Positions 9,876-18,912 of a DNA stretch of 64,000 nt are shown piece after piece; the stretch's first letter is position 1; each line of letters opens with the position of its first letter. The stretch covers positions 19,256 to 83,255 of the forward strand of contig CAKPXF010000010.1 of NCBI GenBank assembly GCA_934201705.1, read 5' to 3'. Position numbers and translations under genes: made by a program. Origin of the DNA: an uncultured Bacilli bacterium (GTDB lineage Bacteria; Bacillota_I; Bacilli_A; RFN20; CAG-631). The notes under the pieces are model-generated. The model was not told where the DNA came from. It was given only the letters and a program-made list of their open reading frames with translations, and did no database searches.

Positions 9876-11312
9876 ATGAGAACATATGATTATTATTGCA
9901 CTTGGCAAGCACAAAATTTTTTGTGTCAAACTAAAAATGTTTCAAATAGGGATTATTTAGATGAAAATGCTTTATTTAATGATGTTAATGGCTTAGTTAA
10001 CAACTATAAAGGATTAAGAAAGGATTTAATATTTATCTTAGATGATGGCTGGGATGTACCATATAGCTATAATGTTAAAGAAAACTATCCATTTGCTTCA
10101 CATATTATAAGAGATGATCGCTTTCCTTCCTTTAATAAATCACCAAAAGAAAAATTAAAACAAATGGTTGATAAAATAAAAACTTATGGCTGGAAGGGCG
10201 TAGGTATTTGGGTTTGTGCACAAGGATATGATAATGACTATACTAAATCAATTGAAGAATTAAAAGAATTCTTTAAGGAAAGATTGCTTTGGTCAAAATA
10301 TGCTAATATTATGTATTGGAAGGTTGACTGGGGAATTTATTGTAATGATGTAAAATATAGAAGGATGTTGGTTAGATTAACTAAAAAATACTATCCTGAG
10401 TTAATAGTTGAAAATGCTATGTGTATTAATCCAGTAAACGGCTTTAATAATGGTGAAGAAGAGCAATATAAATACATGTTTCCTTGGAATAAGGAAATGT
10501 TTAATTATATTGATAAGGTAACAAAATTTTCAGAGGTATTTAGAAGTTATGATGTTACAGAGGAATTATCAACTAATTCAACTCTTGCTCGTTTAACTTA
10601 TTTATTAAAGAAAAGTAACGCTATTATTAATGCTGAGGATGAATTATATTTAGCAGCAGTTTTAAATTGCTCATATGGTATTGAAAGAACGCCATACTCA
10701 ACAGTTACTGCTACACCTAAAAATATTAATTTTAACTTTAAATGTAATGAGGTAAAGGCTGCTATTAATTATAGACGTATCTCACCTGTCTTTAAAAGAA
10801 CTTCTTTAAGAACATCAAAGGAACAATTTTTAGATGAATATTCATTTGGTGGTTATTGGTGTGATAATGTAACAAATGCAACTGTTAAGCAATTATGTCC
10901 TGCTCGTGTTTCCAGAAATACATCTTTACCAAAAGTAAAAGCTATTAAAGAAGTTCCATATGTTGTTTGCTGTAAGGATTTAAATAACAATTATGCAATT
11001 GGAACATTTAAAAGAATTAATTATGAAAATGATGATAAGTATTTAGTTGATGTTAGCGTTAAAATTAATCAAGTTGTTAAAAATATTGCAATTTTTTCAA
11101 ATCAAGTAAAAACACTTAAGGTAAAATTTACTGAAAGTGTTAATTTTTCTAAAATAGTTTTAGTTAATTTGATGAATAAATCAAGAAGAGATGTAACTAA
11201 TAAAATTATTATTAAAAATAATCAATTAATTATTAATTATGAAGAATTAACTAAACGCTTTAAGTGTGATGATAATAGTTGTAAAGCATATATGTTAAGG
11301 CTTTATAAATAA
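9876..11312 (+). CDS. Cytoplasmic TIM-barrel glycosidase-like protein (clan GH-D, GH27/GH36-like), putative
   Basis: ILDDGWDVPY and MYWKVDWG resemble the DDGW / K-x-D motifs of melibiase-type enzymes. No signal peptide. Confidence 0.3.
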   Translation: MRTYDYYCTWQAQNFLCQTKNVSNRDYLDENALFNDVNGLVNNYKGLRKDLIFILDDGWDVPYSYNVKENYPFASHIIRDDRFPSFNKSPKEKLKQMVDKIKTYGWKGVGIWVCAQGYDNDYTKSIEELKEFFKERLLWSKYANIMYWKVDWGIYCNDVKYRRMLVRLTKKYYPELIVENAMCINPVNGFNNGEEEQYKYMFPWNKEMFNYIDKVTKFSEVFRSYDVTEELSTNSTLARLTYLLKKSNAIINAEDELYLAAVLNCSYGIERTPYSTVTATPKNINFNFKCNEVKAAINYRRISPVFKRTSLRTSKEQFLDEYSFGGYWCDNVTNATVKQLCPARVSRNTSLPKVKAIKEVPYVVCCKDLNNNYAIGTFKRINYENDDKYLVDVSVKINQVVKNIAIFSNQVKTLKVKFTESVNFSKIVLVNLMNKSRRDVTNKIIIKNNQLIINYEELTKRFKCDDNSCKAYMLRLYK

Positions 11313-11436
11313 TATATTGTAAATTTACTAGATTTAGATTATAATAATCGTAATTAACTAAAAGGTGAATTGAATTTAGTAAAAATTATAATGTTAAATT
11401 ATTAACAATTGATGATTTATTTGATTTATAAAAAGT

Positions 11437-11458
11437 AAAAAGGCCATTTGGCCTTTTT
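11437..11458. terminator. Bidirectional intrinsic terminator between convergent genes
   Basis: aaaaaggcc-attt-ggccttttt: a perfect 9-bp stem flanked by an A-run and a T-run. Confidence 0.7.
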
Positions 11459-11468
11459 AAAATGGTTA

Positions 11469-11657
11469 TTAATATTGATCTTCTTTATCTTCAATTACTA
11501 GATCACATGCGAATTCTTCAGCATATTTTCTACCTTGCTTAACACATTCTTGCTTTGTGTGATAATGCTTTGAATAAACATGTCCATCTGGAGCTTGAAT
11601 CTCCCAGTTGTTTTGTTCAGCGCATGGTCTACATATAACTTTTTGTTTTCTATTCAT
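11469..11657 (-). CDS. Small Cys-containing protein (DUF2188-like?), 62 aa from an internal start
   Basis: The ORF track lists an 81-aa ORF. The internal Met (MNRKQKVICRPCAEQNNW...) is preceded by GAAAGGAAT, so the likely start is at 11657. Confidence 0.4.
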   Translation of the reverse strand: MNRKQKVICRPCAEQNNWEIQAPDGHVYSKHYHTKQECVKQGRKYAEEFACDLVIEDKEDQY

Positions 11658-11718
11658 ATTGTTTTTATTCCTTTCTACATTTTTATTATGGCTAGAAAAA
11701 TAAAAACAATACATAAAA

Positions 11719-12042
11719 TTAGTAAGAAACTACTAAAAGCATTTTAAAGTTTTCTTCACCATACACAGCGTGAGGAATATTTTTTGGCATTATAATACTT
11801 TGATTTTCTGCTAAATGGTATACTTTACCATCAATTGTGAATTGGCCTTTTCCTTCTAAAACTGTAACTAAAGCATCTCCTTTTGCGGCATGTGATGATA
11901 TTCCTTCACCTTTTGCAAAAGAAAACAAAGTCATACTAACTAGTTCATTTTGAACTAAGGTTTTACTCACTACTTGTCCTTTTTGATATTCAATTTCATT
12001 TTTTAAAGTTAAAATCTTTTCTTTTTCAATATTCTTATACAT
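11719..12042 (-). CDS. Cupin-domain protein
   Basis: Cupin_2 motif GEGISSHAAKGDALVTVLEGKG ... PKNIPHAV. Start moved to the Met at 12042 (MYKNIEK), which has a GGAGAAA SD and removes the overlap with the upstream ABC gene. The ABC stop 12035-12037 then overlaps this start by 8 nt, suggesting translational coupling. Confidence 0.6.
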   Translation of the reverse strand: MYKNIEKEKILTLKNEIEYQKGQVVSKTLVQNELVSMTLFSFAKGEGISSHAAKGDALVTVLEGKGQFTIDGKVYHLAENQSIIMPKNIPHAVYGEENFKMLLVVSY

Positions 12043-13780
12043 AGTGTTTCTCCATTTCATTGAAAATTTTATTACTAAATTGTAAGTTATACAATCTGGC
12101 ATATTCTTTATTTAAAGCCATTAATTCATTATGGCTACCACACTCTTTTATTTTACCATCATTTATTAGCATTATTCTAGTGGCATTTTTAATGGTTGAT
12201 AAGCGATGAGCAACAATTATTGTAGTTCGTCCCTCACTTAGCTTATTTAAGGCTTCTTGAATTAATAATTCTGTAGTATTGTCTAAAGCACTAGTTGCTT
12301 CATCAAGAATTAGAATTGGTGGATTTTTTAAAAATACTCTAGCAATAGAAATACGTTGCTTTTGTCCACCTGATAGCTTAACTCCTCTTTCTCCAATTGT
12401 TGTTTCAAATTTATTTGGTAAAGACATTATATAATCATATATATTAGCATTTTTGCAAGCATTGATTACTTCTTCATCTGTAGCATTTAATTTTCCATAT
12501 AAAATGTTTTCTTTAATAGTTCCATTAAATAAAAATACGTCCTGCTGAACAATACCTATTGATCCTCTTAAGGCTTTAAAGCTTAAGTCGTTAATGTTAA
12601 TATCATCAATGGTAATAGTTCCTTTGCTAGCTTTATAAAAATTAGGAATCAAATGACAAATTGTAGTTTTTCCTCCACCTGATTCACCAACTAAAGCAAT
12701 TGTTTCACCACTTTTAATATCAAATGAAACGTCATTTAAAACATTGGCTGTAGTCTCATAAGAAAAGCTTACATGATCAAATTTTATATTTCCATGTAAC
12801 TTTACATTAATAATTGGATTATTTCCTTCTTCTTCTACTTTTTCATCCATTATTTCAATAAATCTTTTAAAGCCAGTAACGCCATCTTGGAATTGCTCAA
12901 CAAAATTAATTAATGTAGTAAGTGGATTTATAAACATATTAATTGAAACAATAAACGTTGTATAATCAGCTAATTCAAGAGTACCTTTAATGGCTAAAAT
13001 ACCACCAGATATAATACAAACAACATTAAATAAGTCTAATACAAAGGCTGTTGATGATTGAAACATTCCCATAGCTTTATAAGCTTTTGAACGTGATTTT
13101 ACATACTCTTTATTACTAACTTCAAACTTTTCTAATTCCTTTTCTTGGTTTGTGAATGCCTTAGTAACTCTAATTCCTGTAATTGATGATTCAAGTGATG
13201 AATTAATTCTAGCTATATTTTTCCTATTTTCACTAAAGGCTTTATCCATCTTCTTTCTAAGTAATAAAGAAATTGTAACAAGTATAGGAACGCAAAGTAA
13301 AATAATCAAAGCTAGTAACCAATTGATTGTAAATAAATATATAAATGAACCAACAACCATCAAACCACAAATAAAAAAGTTTTCTGGTCCATGGTGAGCA
13401 AGCTCGGATACATCTTGTAAATCGTTAGTCAATCGTGACATAATTTTTCCGGTTTCATGCTCATCATAATAAGAATAAGGTAGTTCCTCTAAATGAGAAA
13501 ACATATCCTTTCGCATTTGGGCTTGGATTTTAACCCCCATGACATGACCTTTGTATTGAACAAAGAAACGTAATAGCATTCTGATTATATACAAAATAAA
13601 TAATGAAACTGAAAAAATAACAATCATTTTAATGTTTTTTTCAGGAACATAAATTTTAAAAACCTTGTTTGTTAATACAGGATATAGCATACCAATAACT
13701 GACACAAAAAATGAAGCAGTCATATCAAGAGCAAAGAGCTTTTTATGTGGCTTATAGTATGAAATAAATCTTTTAAACAT
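12035..13780 (-). CDS. ABC transporter ATP-binding/permease protein (MsbA-like exporter)
   Basis: Six TM helices, Walker A GESGGGKTT, signature LSGGQKQRISIAR, Walker B ILILDEATSALD. Confidence 0.85.
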   Translation of the reverse strand: MFKRFISYYKPHKKLFALDMTASFFVSVIGMLYPVLTNKVFKIYVPEKNIKMIVIFSVSLFILYIIRMLLRFFVQYKGHVMGVKIQAQMRKDMFSHLEELPYSYYDEHETGKIMSRLTNDLQDVSELAHHGPENFFICGLMVVGSFIYLFTINWLLALIILLCVPILVTISLLLRKKMDKAFSENRKNIARINSSLESSITGIRVTKAFTNQEKELEKFEVSNKEYVKSRSKAYKAMGMFQSSTAFVLDLFNVVCIISGGILAIKGTLELADYTTFIVSINMFINPLTTLINFVEQFQDGVTGFKRFIEIMDEKVEEEGNNPIINVKLHGNIKFDHVSFSYETTANVLNDVSFDIKSGETIALVGESGGGKTTICHLIPNFYKASKGTITIDDININDLSFKALRGSIGIVQQDVFLFNGTIKENILYGKLNATDEEVINACKNANIYDYIMSLPNKFETTIGERGVKLSGGQKQRISIARVFLKNPPILILDEATSALDNTTELLIQEALNKLSEGRTTIIVAHRLSTIKNATRIMLINDGKIKECGSHNELMALNKEYARLYNLQFSNKIFNEMEKHYV

Positions 13781-13821
13781 TTAAATACCTCCATTTTAAA
13801 GAAAAGTCACATAAAATGTGA

Positions 13822-14631
13822 CTAAATTTCCGGATTCTTACATTTTCTATAAAATTCTTCTTGAAGCTTTAATGAAATGTCATCATCCTTAATTATTTTA
13901 ATTACCTTAGCAAAATTGTTAATATACATTTCTGTTAAGAATTTTCCTTTTTCTACTGTTGCAGAACTAGGATCACCCGCAATATGATCAGGATGGTCAG
14001 CATACCAGCTTATTGCTGAAAACACTCCATTTTCTCCTAAAAAAGAATTCCTTCCAAGTTCAACTGTTTCTTCAACCTTTATTGTTTCAAGATGAATAGT
14101 ATTAGGATTTGTATACATTATTTCACTAGTTTCCATAACATCGGCATGCCCTGATCCTCTTAAAGGTCCATTTATTTTTAAAAATTCCTTCATTTGAGCT
14201 TCACTTCTTGTGTGAGCATTATAAACATAAACAATATATGGATGATATTTTTCAAGGCGAGATTGAGCGAAGTACCTTACAAAATGATTTGCACCACCAT
14301 GACCATTAACAATAATTATTTTAAGGTAGCCATTACGAGCTAATTCGTCACATAATTCTTCAAGAATTTGAAATTGTAATTGACTTGAAATAGATAAACA
14401 GCCAATTTTATGTTGAGCCTCACTTATAATTCCATAGGGAGCAATTGGAACTACTAAAGCCGGTTCTATTTCACTGGCTTTAATTGCAATGTTATTAGCA
14501 ATAAACATATCTGTTCCTAAAGGCATATGATAGCCATGCTTTTCAAGACAGCCAATTGGAATAATTGCAACACCTTTAGTAGTTTTTAACGCTTCTTTAA
14601 ATTCAATATCAGTTAAGTCTTCCCATTTCAT
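13822..14631 (-). CDS. Creatininase-family (creatinine amidohydrolase-like) protein
   Basis: GCLEKHGYHMPLGTD, a motif characteristic of the creatininase/MftE family. Confidence 0.6.
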   Translation of the reverse strand: MKWEDLTDIEFKEALKTTKGVAIIPIGCLEKHGYHMPLGTDMFIANNIAIKASEIEPALVVPIAPYGIISEAQHKIGCLSISSQLQFQILEELCDELARNGYLKIIIVNGHGGANHFVRYFAQSRLEKYHPYIVYVYNAHTRSEAQMKEFLKINGPLRGSGHADVMETSEIMYTNPNTIHLETIKVEETVELGRNSFLGENGVFSAISWYADHPDHIAGDPSSATVEKGKFLTEMYINNFAKVIKIIKDDDISLKLQEEFYRKCKNPEI

Positions 14632-14642
14632 AATTATTTTCC

Positions 14643-16052
14643 TTATCTAACTTTTTCAATACGCATTAAATTAGTGCCATCAATTTGTCTTGCTATACCA
14701 GCAACGACAATTAAAATATCATTTTTCTTTACATAAGACATAGTTTTTGCTTTATCTATTGCTCTAATTGACAATTCCTCAGTTGAGTAATATTCATCCA
14801 TTAAGTATGGAAAAACATCCCAAGACATAGCTAATTGATGATATGCTTTAGTATCAGTTACTAAGCCAATAATTGGCATACTTGGTCTAAAACGTGAAAC
14901 CATCATGGCTGTTTTACCAGTCTTAGTACAAACAACAATTGAAGCTGCATTTAAATCAAAAGCAGCATTAACGCTTGAATGGCTTAAAGCATCAGCAATA
15001 TTAGTTATTGAAAAATTAATGTTTTTAAAATTAGCTTTATAATCGATATTAGCTTCTGTGTCCTTACAAATCCTTGCCATTGTTTTAACAACCTCAATTG
15101 GATAATCACCAACAGAAGTTTCGCCAGATAGCATAACACAGCTAGTTCCATCATATACAGCATTTGCTACATCTGATACTTCAGCTCTTGTAGGACGAGG
15201 GTTATGAGTCATTGATTCAAGCATTTCAGTAGCAGTAATTACTCTTTTTCCAGCCAAGTGGACCTTTTTAATCATGTTCTTTTGAATGGTAGGAATTTTC
15301 TCGATTGGTATTTCAACACCTAAATCACCACGAGCAACCATTACGCCATCAACAAAGTTCATGATTTCATCCAAATTATCAATACCTTCTTTATTTTCAA
15401 TTTTAGCAATTAAAGAAATACTAGAACCATTATTATTATCTAAATATTCACGAACCTGAGCAACTTCACTTCCTCTTGAAACAAATGAACATGCAATATA
15501 TTCAACATCATTTTTAATTGCAAAATTCATATCATTAATATCTTTTTCTCTAATAAACGGTAAATTAATATGAACTCCAGGGAAATGCATATTTTTATGA
15601 TTTCCAATAGTTCCATTATTTTTTACTTCACAATAAATTAAACCATTTTCAATCTTATTAATTTCACAATCTAATATACCATCATTTAATAATATATGGC
15701 CACCAACAAAAACATCGTTAGCTATATCACTATAATTAATTGGAACAATATTGTCATGAGCTTTAATATTTTCACCAGTAAAGATAATTTTATCGCCTTT
15801 TTTTACCATTATAGGATTATCAACCTGACCAGTTCTTACTTCAGGCCCTTTAATATCTATCATAATTGCAAGCGGAACTTTTAACTCATCGCGCACCTTT
15901 TTAACTATATCCATGGTTTTTTGGCAATCATCATAATTTCCATGTGCCATATTAAATCTTACAACATTCATACCAGCATTTACCATTTCTTTTAATACAT
16001 CATAGGTATTAGTTGCAGGTCCAAGTGTACAAATAATTTTCGTTTTTCTCAT
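14643..16052 (-). CDS. pyk: Pyruvate kinase
   Basis: MRKTKIICTLGPAT at the N-terminus, MVARGDLGVEIP, barrel plus C-terminal domain, 469 aa. Confidence 0.9.
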   Translation of the reverse strand: MRKTKIICTLGPATNTYDVLKEMVNAGMNVVRFNMAHGNYDDCQKTMDIVKKVRDELKVPLAIMIDIKGPEVRTGQVDNPIMVKKGDKIIFTGENIKAHDNIVPINYSDIANDVFVGGHILLNDGILDCEINKIENGLIYCEVKNNGTIGNHKNMHFPGVHINLPFIREKDINDMNFAIKNDVEYIACSFVSRGSEVAQVREYLDNNNGSSISLIAKIENKEGIDNLDEIMNFVDGVMVARGDLGVEIPIEKIPTIQKNMIKKVHLAGKRVITATEMLESMTHNPRPTRAEVSDVANAVYDGTSCVMLSGETSVGDYPIEVVKTMARICKDTEANIDYKANFKNINFSITNIADALSHSSVNAAFDLNAASIVVCTKTGKTAMMVSRFRPSMPIIGLVTDTKAYHQLAMSWDVFPYLMDEYYSTEELSIRAIDKAKTMSYVKKNDILIVVAGIARQIDGTNLMRIEKVR

Positions 16053-16169
16053 TTGCTTTTGCTCCTTTTTTATTCAAATCAAAGTAATTATATCATAAAG
16101 CAATTAAAACTAGTAGAAAAAAACTATTAAATAGTTTATAATGTAAATAGTGTATTTAAAAGAGAGTGT

Positions 16170-16976
16170 GTGAAAATGAAAACAATAAGAAAAACATTAT
16201 TACTAGTTTTAGTTCTACTTTTAAATTCTTGTGGAATGCTAACAAAGTATGAAAAATATGTTAATTATAAATCCTATAGCATCTTACCAATTCAAGGAAT
16301 GATGTTTAATCCAATAAGTAATTTAGATATTAATTGGGTAAGTGGTAATATCACCATTTTTGAAAGCAACGATTATGAAAAGGTAACTATTATAGAAAAA
16401 GTGTCAGAAGAATATAATTCTGAGGATTTTTTATGCCATTATTATCGCAAGGATGACACATTATTCATAAAATATTGTAAGTCTAATATTTCTATTCCAA
16501 ATAAGATTAATAAATCATTAAATGTTTATATTCCTATTAATACAACATTAAGTGCCATTAGTTTGAAAGTTGTTTCTAGTAACGTTTATTTATCAAATAT
16601 TAAAACTGAAAAATTAACTGTTGAAAGTGTGTCTGGTAAGATTGAAACTAATGATACAACAATTAAAGAAATGAATTTTGAAACTGTAAATAGTAGTATT
16701 ATGGCTTTTGTCGACAATAATACGACTAATATTAATGTTGATACTGTTGGGGGAACAACAATTTTATCAATAAGTGATGATATAAATGGTTTTGATGTTA
16801 ATTTTGAAACAATAAGTGGAACATTTACAAAGGATTTTGAAGTCACACATTTAGATAGTAATCATTATACATATTTAGACAATTCTTTATTATCAATAAA
16901 TGTGAATTCAGTTTCTGGTAATTTATCATTGGTAAAAAATATTATTAATAAAGTAAACAATAGTAGAAAACATTAA
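16170..16976 (+). CDS. DUF4097-like beta-strand-repeat lipoprotein (putative adhesin-like)
   Basis: Lipobox LLLNSC. Repeated VSGK/VSGN/ISGT beta-strand motifs. Confidence 0.45.
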   Translation: MKMKTIRKTLLLVLVLLLNSCGMLTKYEKYVNYKSYSILPIQGMMFNPISNLDINWVSGNITIFESNDYEKVTIIEKVSEEYNSEDFLCHYYRKDDTLFIKYCKSNISIPNKINKSLNVYIPINTTLSAISLKVVSSNVYLSNIKTEKLTVESVSGKIETNDTTIKEMNFETVNSSIMAFVDNNTTNINVDTVGGTTILSISDDINGFDVNFETISGTFTKDFEVTHLDSNHYTYLDNSLLSINVNSVSGNLSLVKNIINKVNNSRKH

Positions 16977-17120
16977 TTATTAAAATTTAAAAATTTTATT
17001 TATAATAAAAATTAATATGCAATTAGCAATTATCATGTAAAATTTATTTGATAATTGCTCTTAATAGTGGTATTATATTAGCGGTGAATAACCTAAAAGT
17101 AATTATGGAGGATATAATTT

Positions 17121-18167
17121 ATGTCAAATGAAAAAGTTGTTCGTGTAGCAATTAACGGTTTTGGAAGAATTGGTAGATTAGCATTTAGACAAATGTTTAA
17201 TGCTGAAGGCTACGAAGTAGTAGCAATTAACGATTTAACTTCTCCAAGAATGTTAGCTCATTTATTAAAGTATGATTCAGCACAAGGAAGATACGCTTTA
17301 GCTGATACAGTTAAATGTTCAGAAGAAGGCGCTGCACAAGGCTGGATTGAAGTTGCAGGTAAAAGAATTGATATCTATGCAGAAAAAGATGCAAACAATT
17401 GTCCTTGGGGCAAGCTTGATGTTGATGTTGTTTTAGAATGTACTGGTTTTTACTGCTCAAAGGAAAAATCAATGGCACATATCAATGCTGGTGCTAAAAA
17501 AGTAGTTATTTCAGCTCCTGCTGGAAAAGATTTAAAGACTATCGTATATAATGTTAACCATGAAACATTAGATGCAAATGATCAAATCATTTCAGCAGCT
17601 TCTTGTACAACAAATTGTTTAGCTCCTATGGCTAAAGCTTTAAATGAATTTGCTCCAATTCAAAGTGGTATTATGACTACAGTTCACGCTTATACTGGTG
17701 ACCAAATGGTATTAGATGGACCACATAGAAAAGGTGATTTAAGAAGAGCAAGAGCAGCTGCATGCTCAATCGTACCAAACTCAACTGGTGCTGCTAAAGC
17801 TATCGGCTTAGTAATTCCAGAATTAAATGGTAGATTAATTGGTTCAGCTCAACGTGTTCCAGTTCCTACAGGATCAACTACAATTTTAGTAGCAGTTGTT
17901 AAATCTGATAAGGATGTAACAAAGGAAGCTATCAATGCTTATATGAAATCAGTAGCTAATGAATCTTATGGTTATACTGAAGAAGAATTAGTTTCATCTG
18001 ATATTGTTGGTGCAACTCAAGGATCAATCTTTGATGCAACACAAACAATGGTTATTAAACTAGAAAATGGTTTATACCAAGTACAAGTTGTAGCATGGTA
18101 TGATAATGAAAATTCATACACATCTCAAATGGTACGTACAATTAAGTACTTCTCAAATATTAAATAG
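17121..18167 (+). CDS. gap: Glyceraldehyde-3-phosphate dehydrogenase, type I
   Basis: INGFGRIGR Rossmann motif, active-site [10 protein letters not shown], 348 aa. Confidence 0.92.
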   Translation: MSNEKVVRVAINGFGRIGRLAFRQMFNAEGYEVVAINDLTSPRMLAHLLKYDSAQGRYALADTVKCSEEGAAQGWIEVAGKRIDIYAEKDANNCPWGKLDVDVVLECTGFYCSKEKSMAHINAGAKKVVISAPAGKDLKTIVYNVNHETLDANDQIISAASCTTNCLAPMAKALNEFAPIQSGIMTTVHAYTGDQMVLDGPHRKGDLRRARAAACSIVPNSTGAAKAIGLVIPELNGRLIGSAQRVPVPTGSTTILVAVVKSDKDVTKEAINAYMKSVANESYGYTEEELVSSDIVGATQGSIFDATQTMVIKLENGLYQVQVVAWYDNENSYTSQMVRTIKYFSNIK

Positions 18168-18193
18168 GCCTTAGGCCTATTTTTTTTTTTTCT
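18162..18193 (+). terminator. Rho-independent terminator after gap
   Basis: aaataggcc-tta-ggcctattt followed by a 13-T run. Confidence 0.75.
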
Positions 18194-18385
18194 TTACAAA
18201 GTAAAGAAAACTTATGTTAAAGTAAGCAAAGATTAAATGAAATAAGATGTAATAACTAGCTTAGATAACTTGTTGTAAAGAAAATGATAAGAATTATGAA
18301 ACTTTCTTAAACAAAAGAAAGTTTTTCTTTTTGATTTTGAAAAACTTCATTATAATATAAATATAAATAATGGAGGGTCTTACAA

Positions 18386-18766
18386 ATGACTTTTATAAAA
18401 CGCAATTGGATTAAAATGCTAGTATGCATCTTATATGGAATATTAATTATTATTATTTATAATATATCAAACGAAAACTGGACAATGCTAATTAATTATT
18501 GTAACTCAACATTTATTGCTGGTTTTTCTTTAATTTGCATAGGATGTTTATCAATCATTAATAATGTTGGTGGCTTTAATTTATTTTCTTATATGTTTGC
18601 AAAAAGAAATGAAAAAGGTGTTAAAGAAGATTATTACACATATACTTTAAAGAATAAAGAAAAACGTGAAAAAAGAGAGAAACCTTATTACACATATTTT
18701 ATAATAGGTGCAGTTTTAATTGCTATATCGGCAATACTTTTATTTACAATAAATAAAAGTAAATGA
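18386..18766 (+). CDS. Small membrane protein (DUF3899-like?)
   Basis: Two or three TM helices. EKREKREK linker followed by a terminal helix. Confidence 0.3.
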   Translation: MTFIKRNWIKMLVCILYGILIIIIYNISNENWTMLINYCNSTFIAGFSLICIGCLSIINNVGGFNLFSYMFAKRNEKGVKEDYYTYTLKNKEKREKREKPYYTYFIIGAVLIAISAILLFTINKSK

Positions 18767-18912
18767 TGGATTAAAAGACTCCCTAAAGAAAAAAATGAAA
18801 AAATATCTTGTAAAAGTAAAAAAAATGTGTATACTTAAAGTAAGTACATTTTACCGTACTGACAATGATTATTAAATTTAATAGTCATTATTATTTATTT
18901 TAGGAGGAAAAT

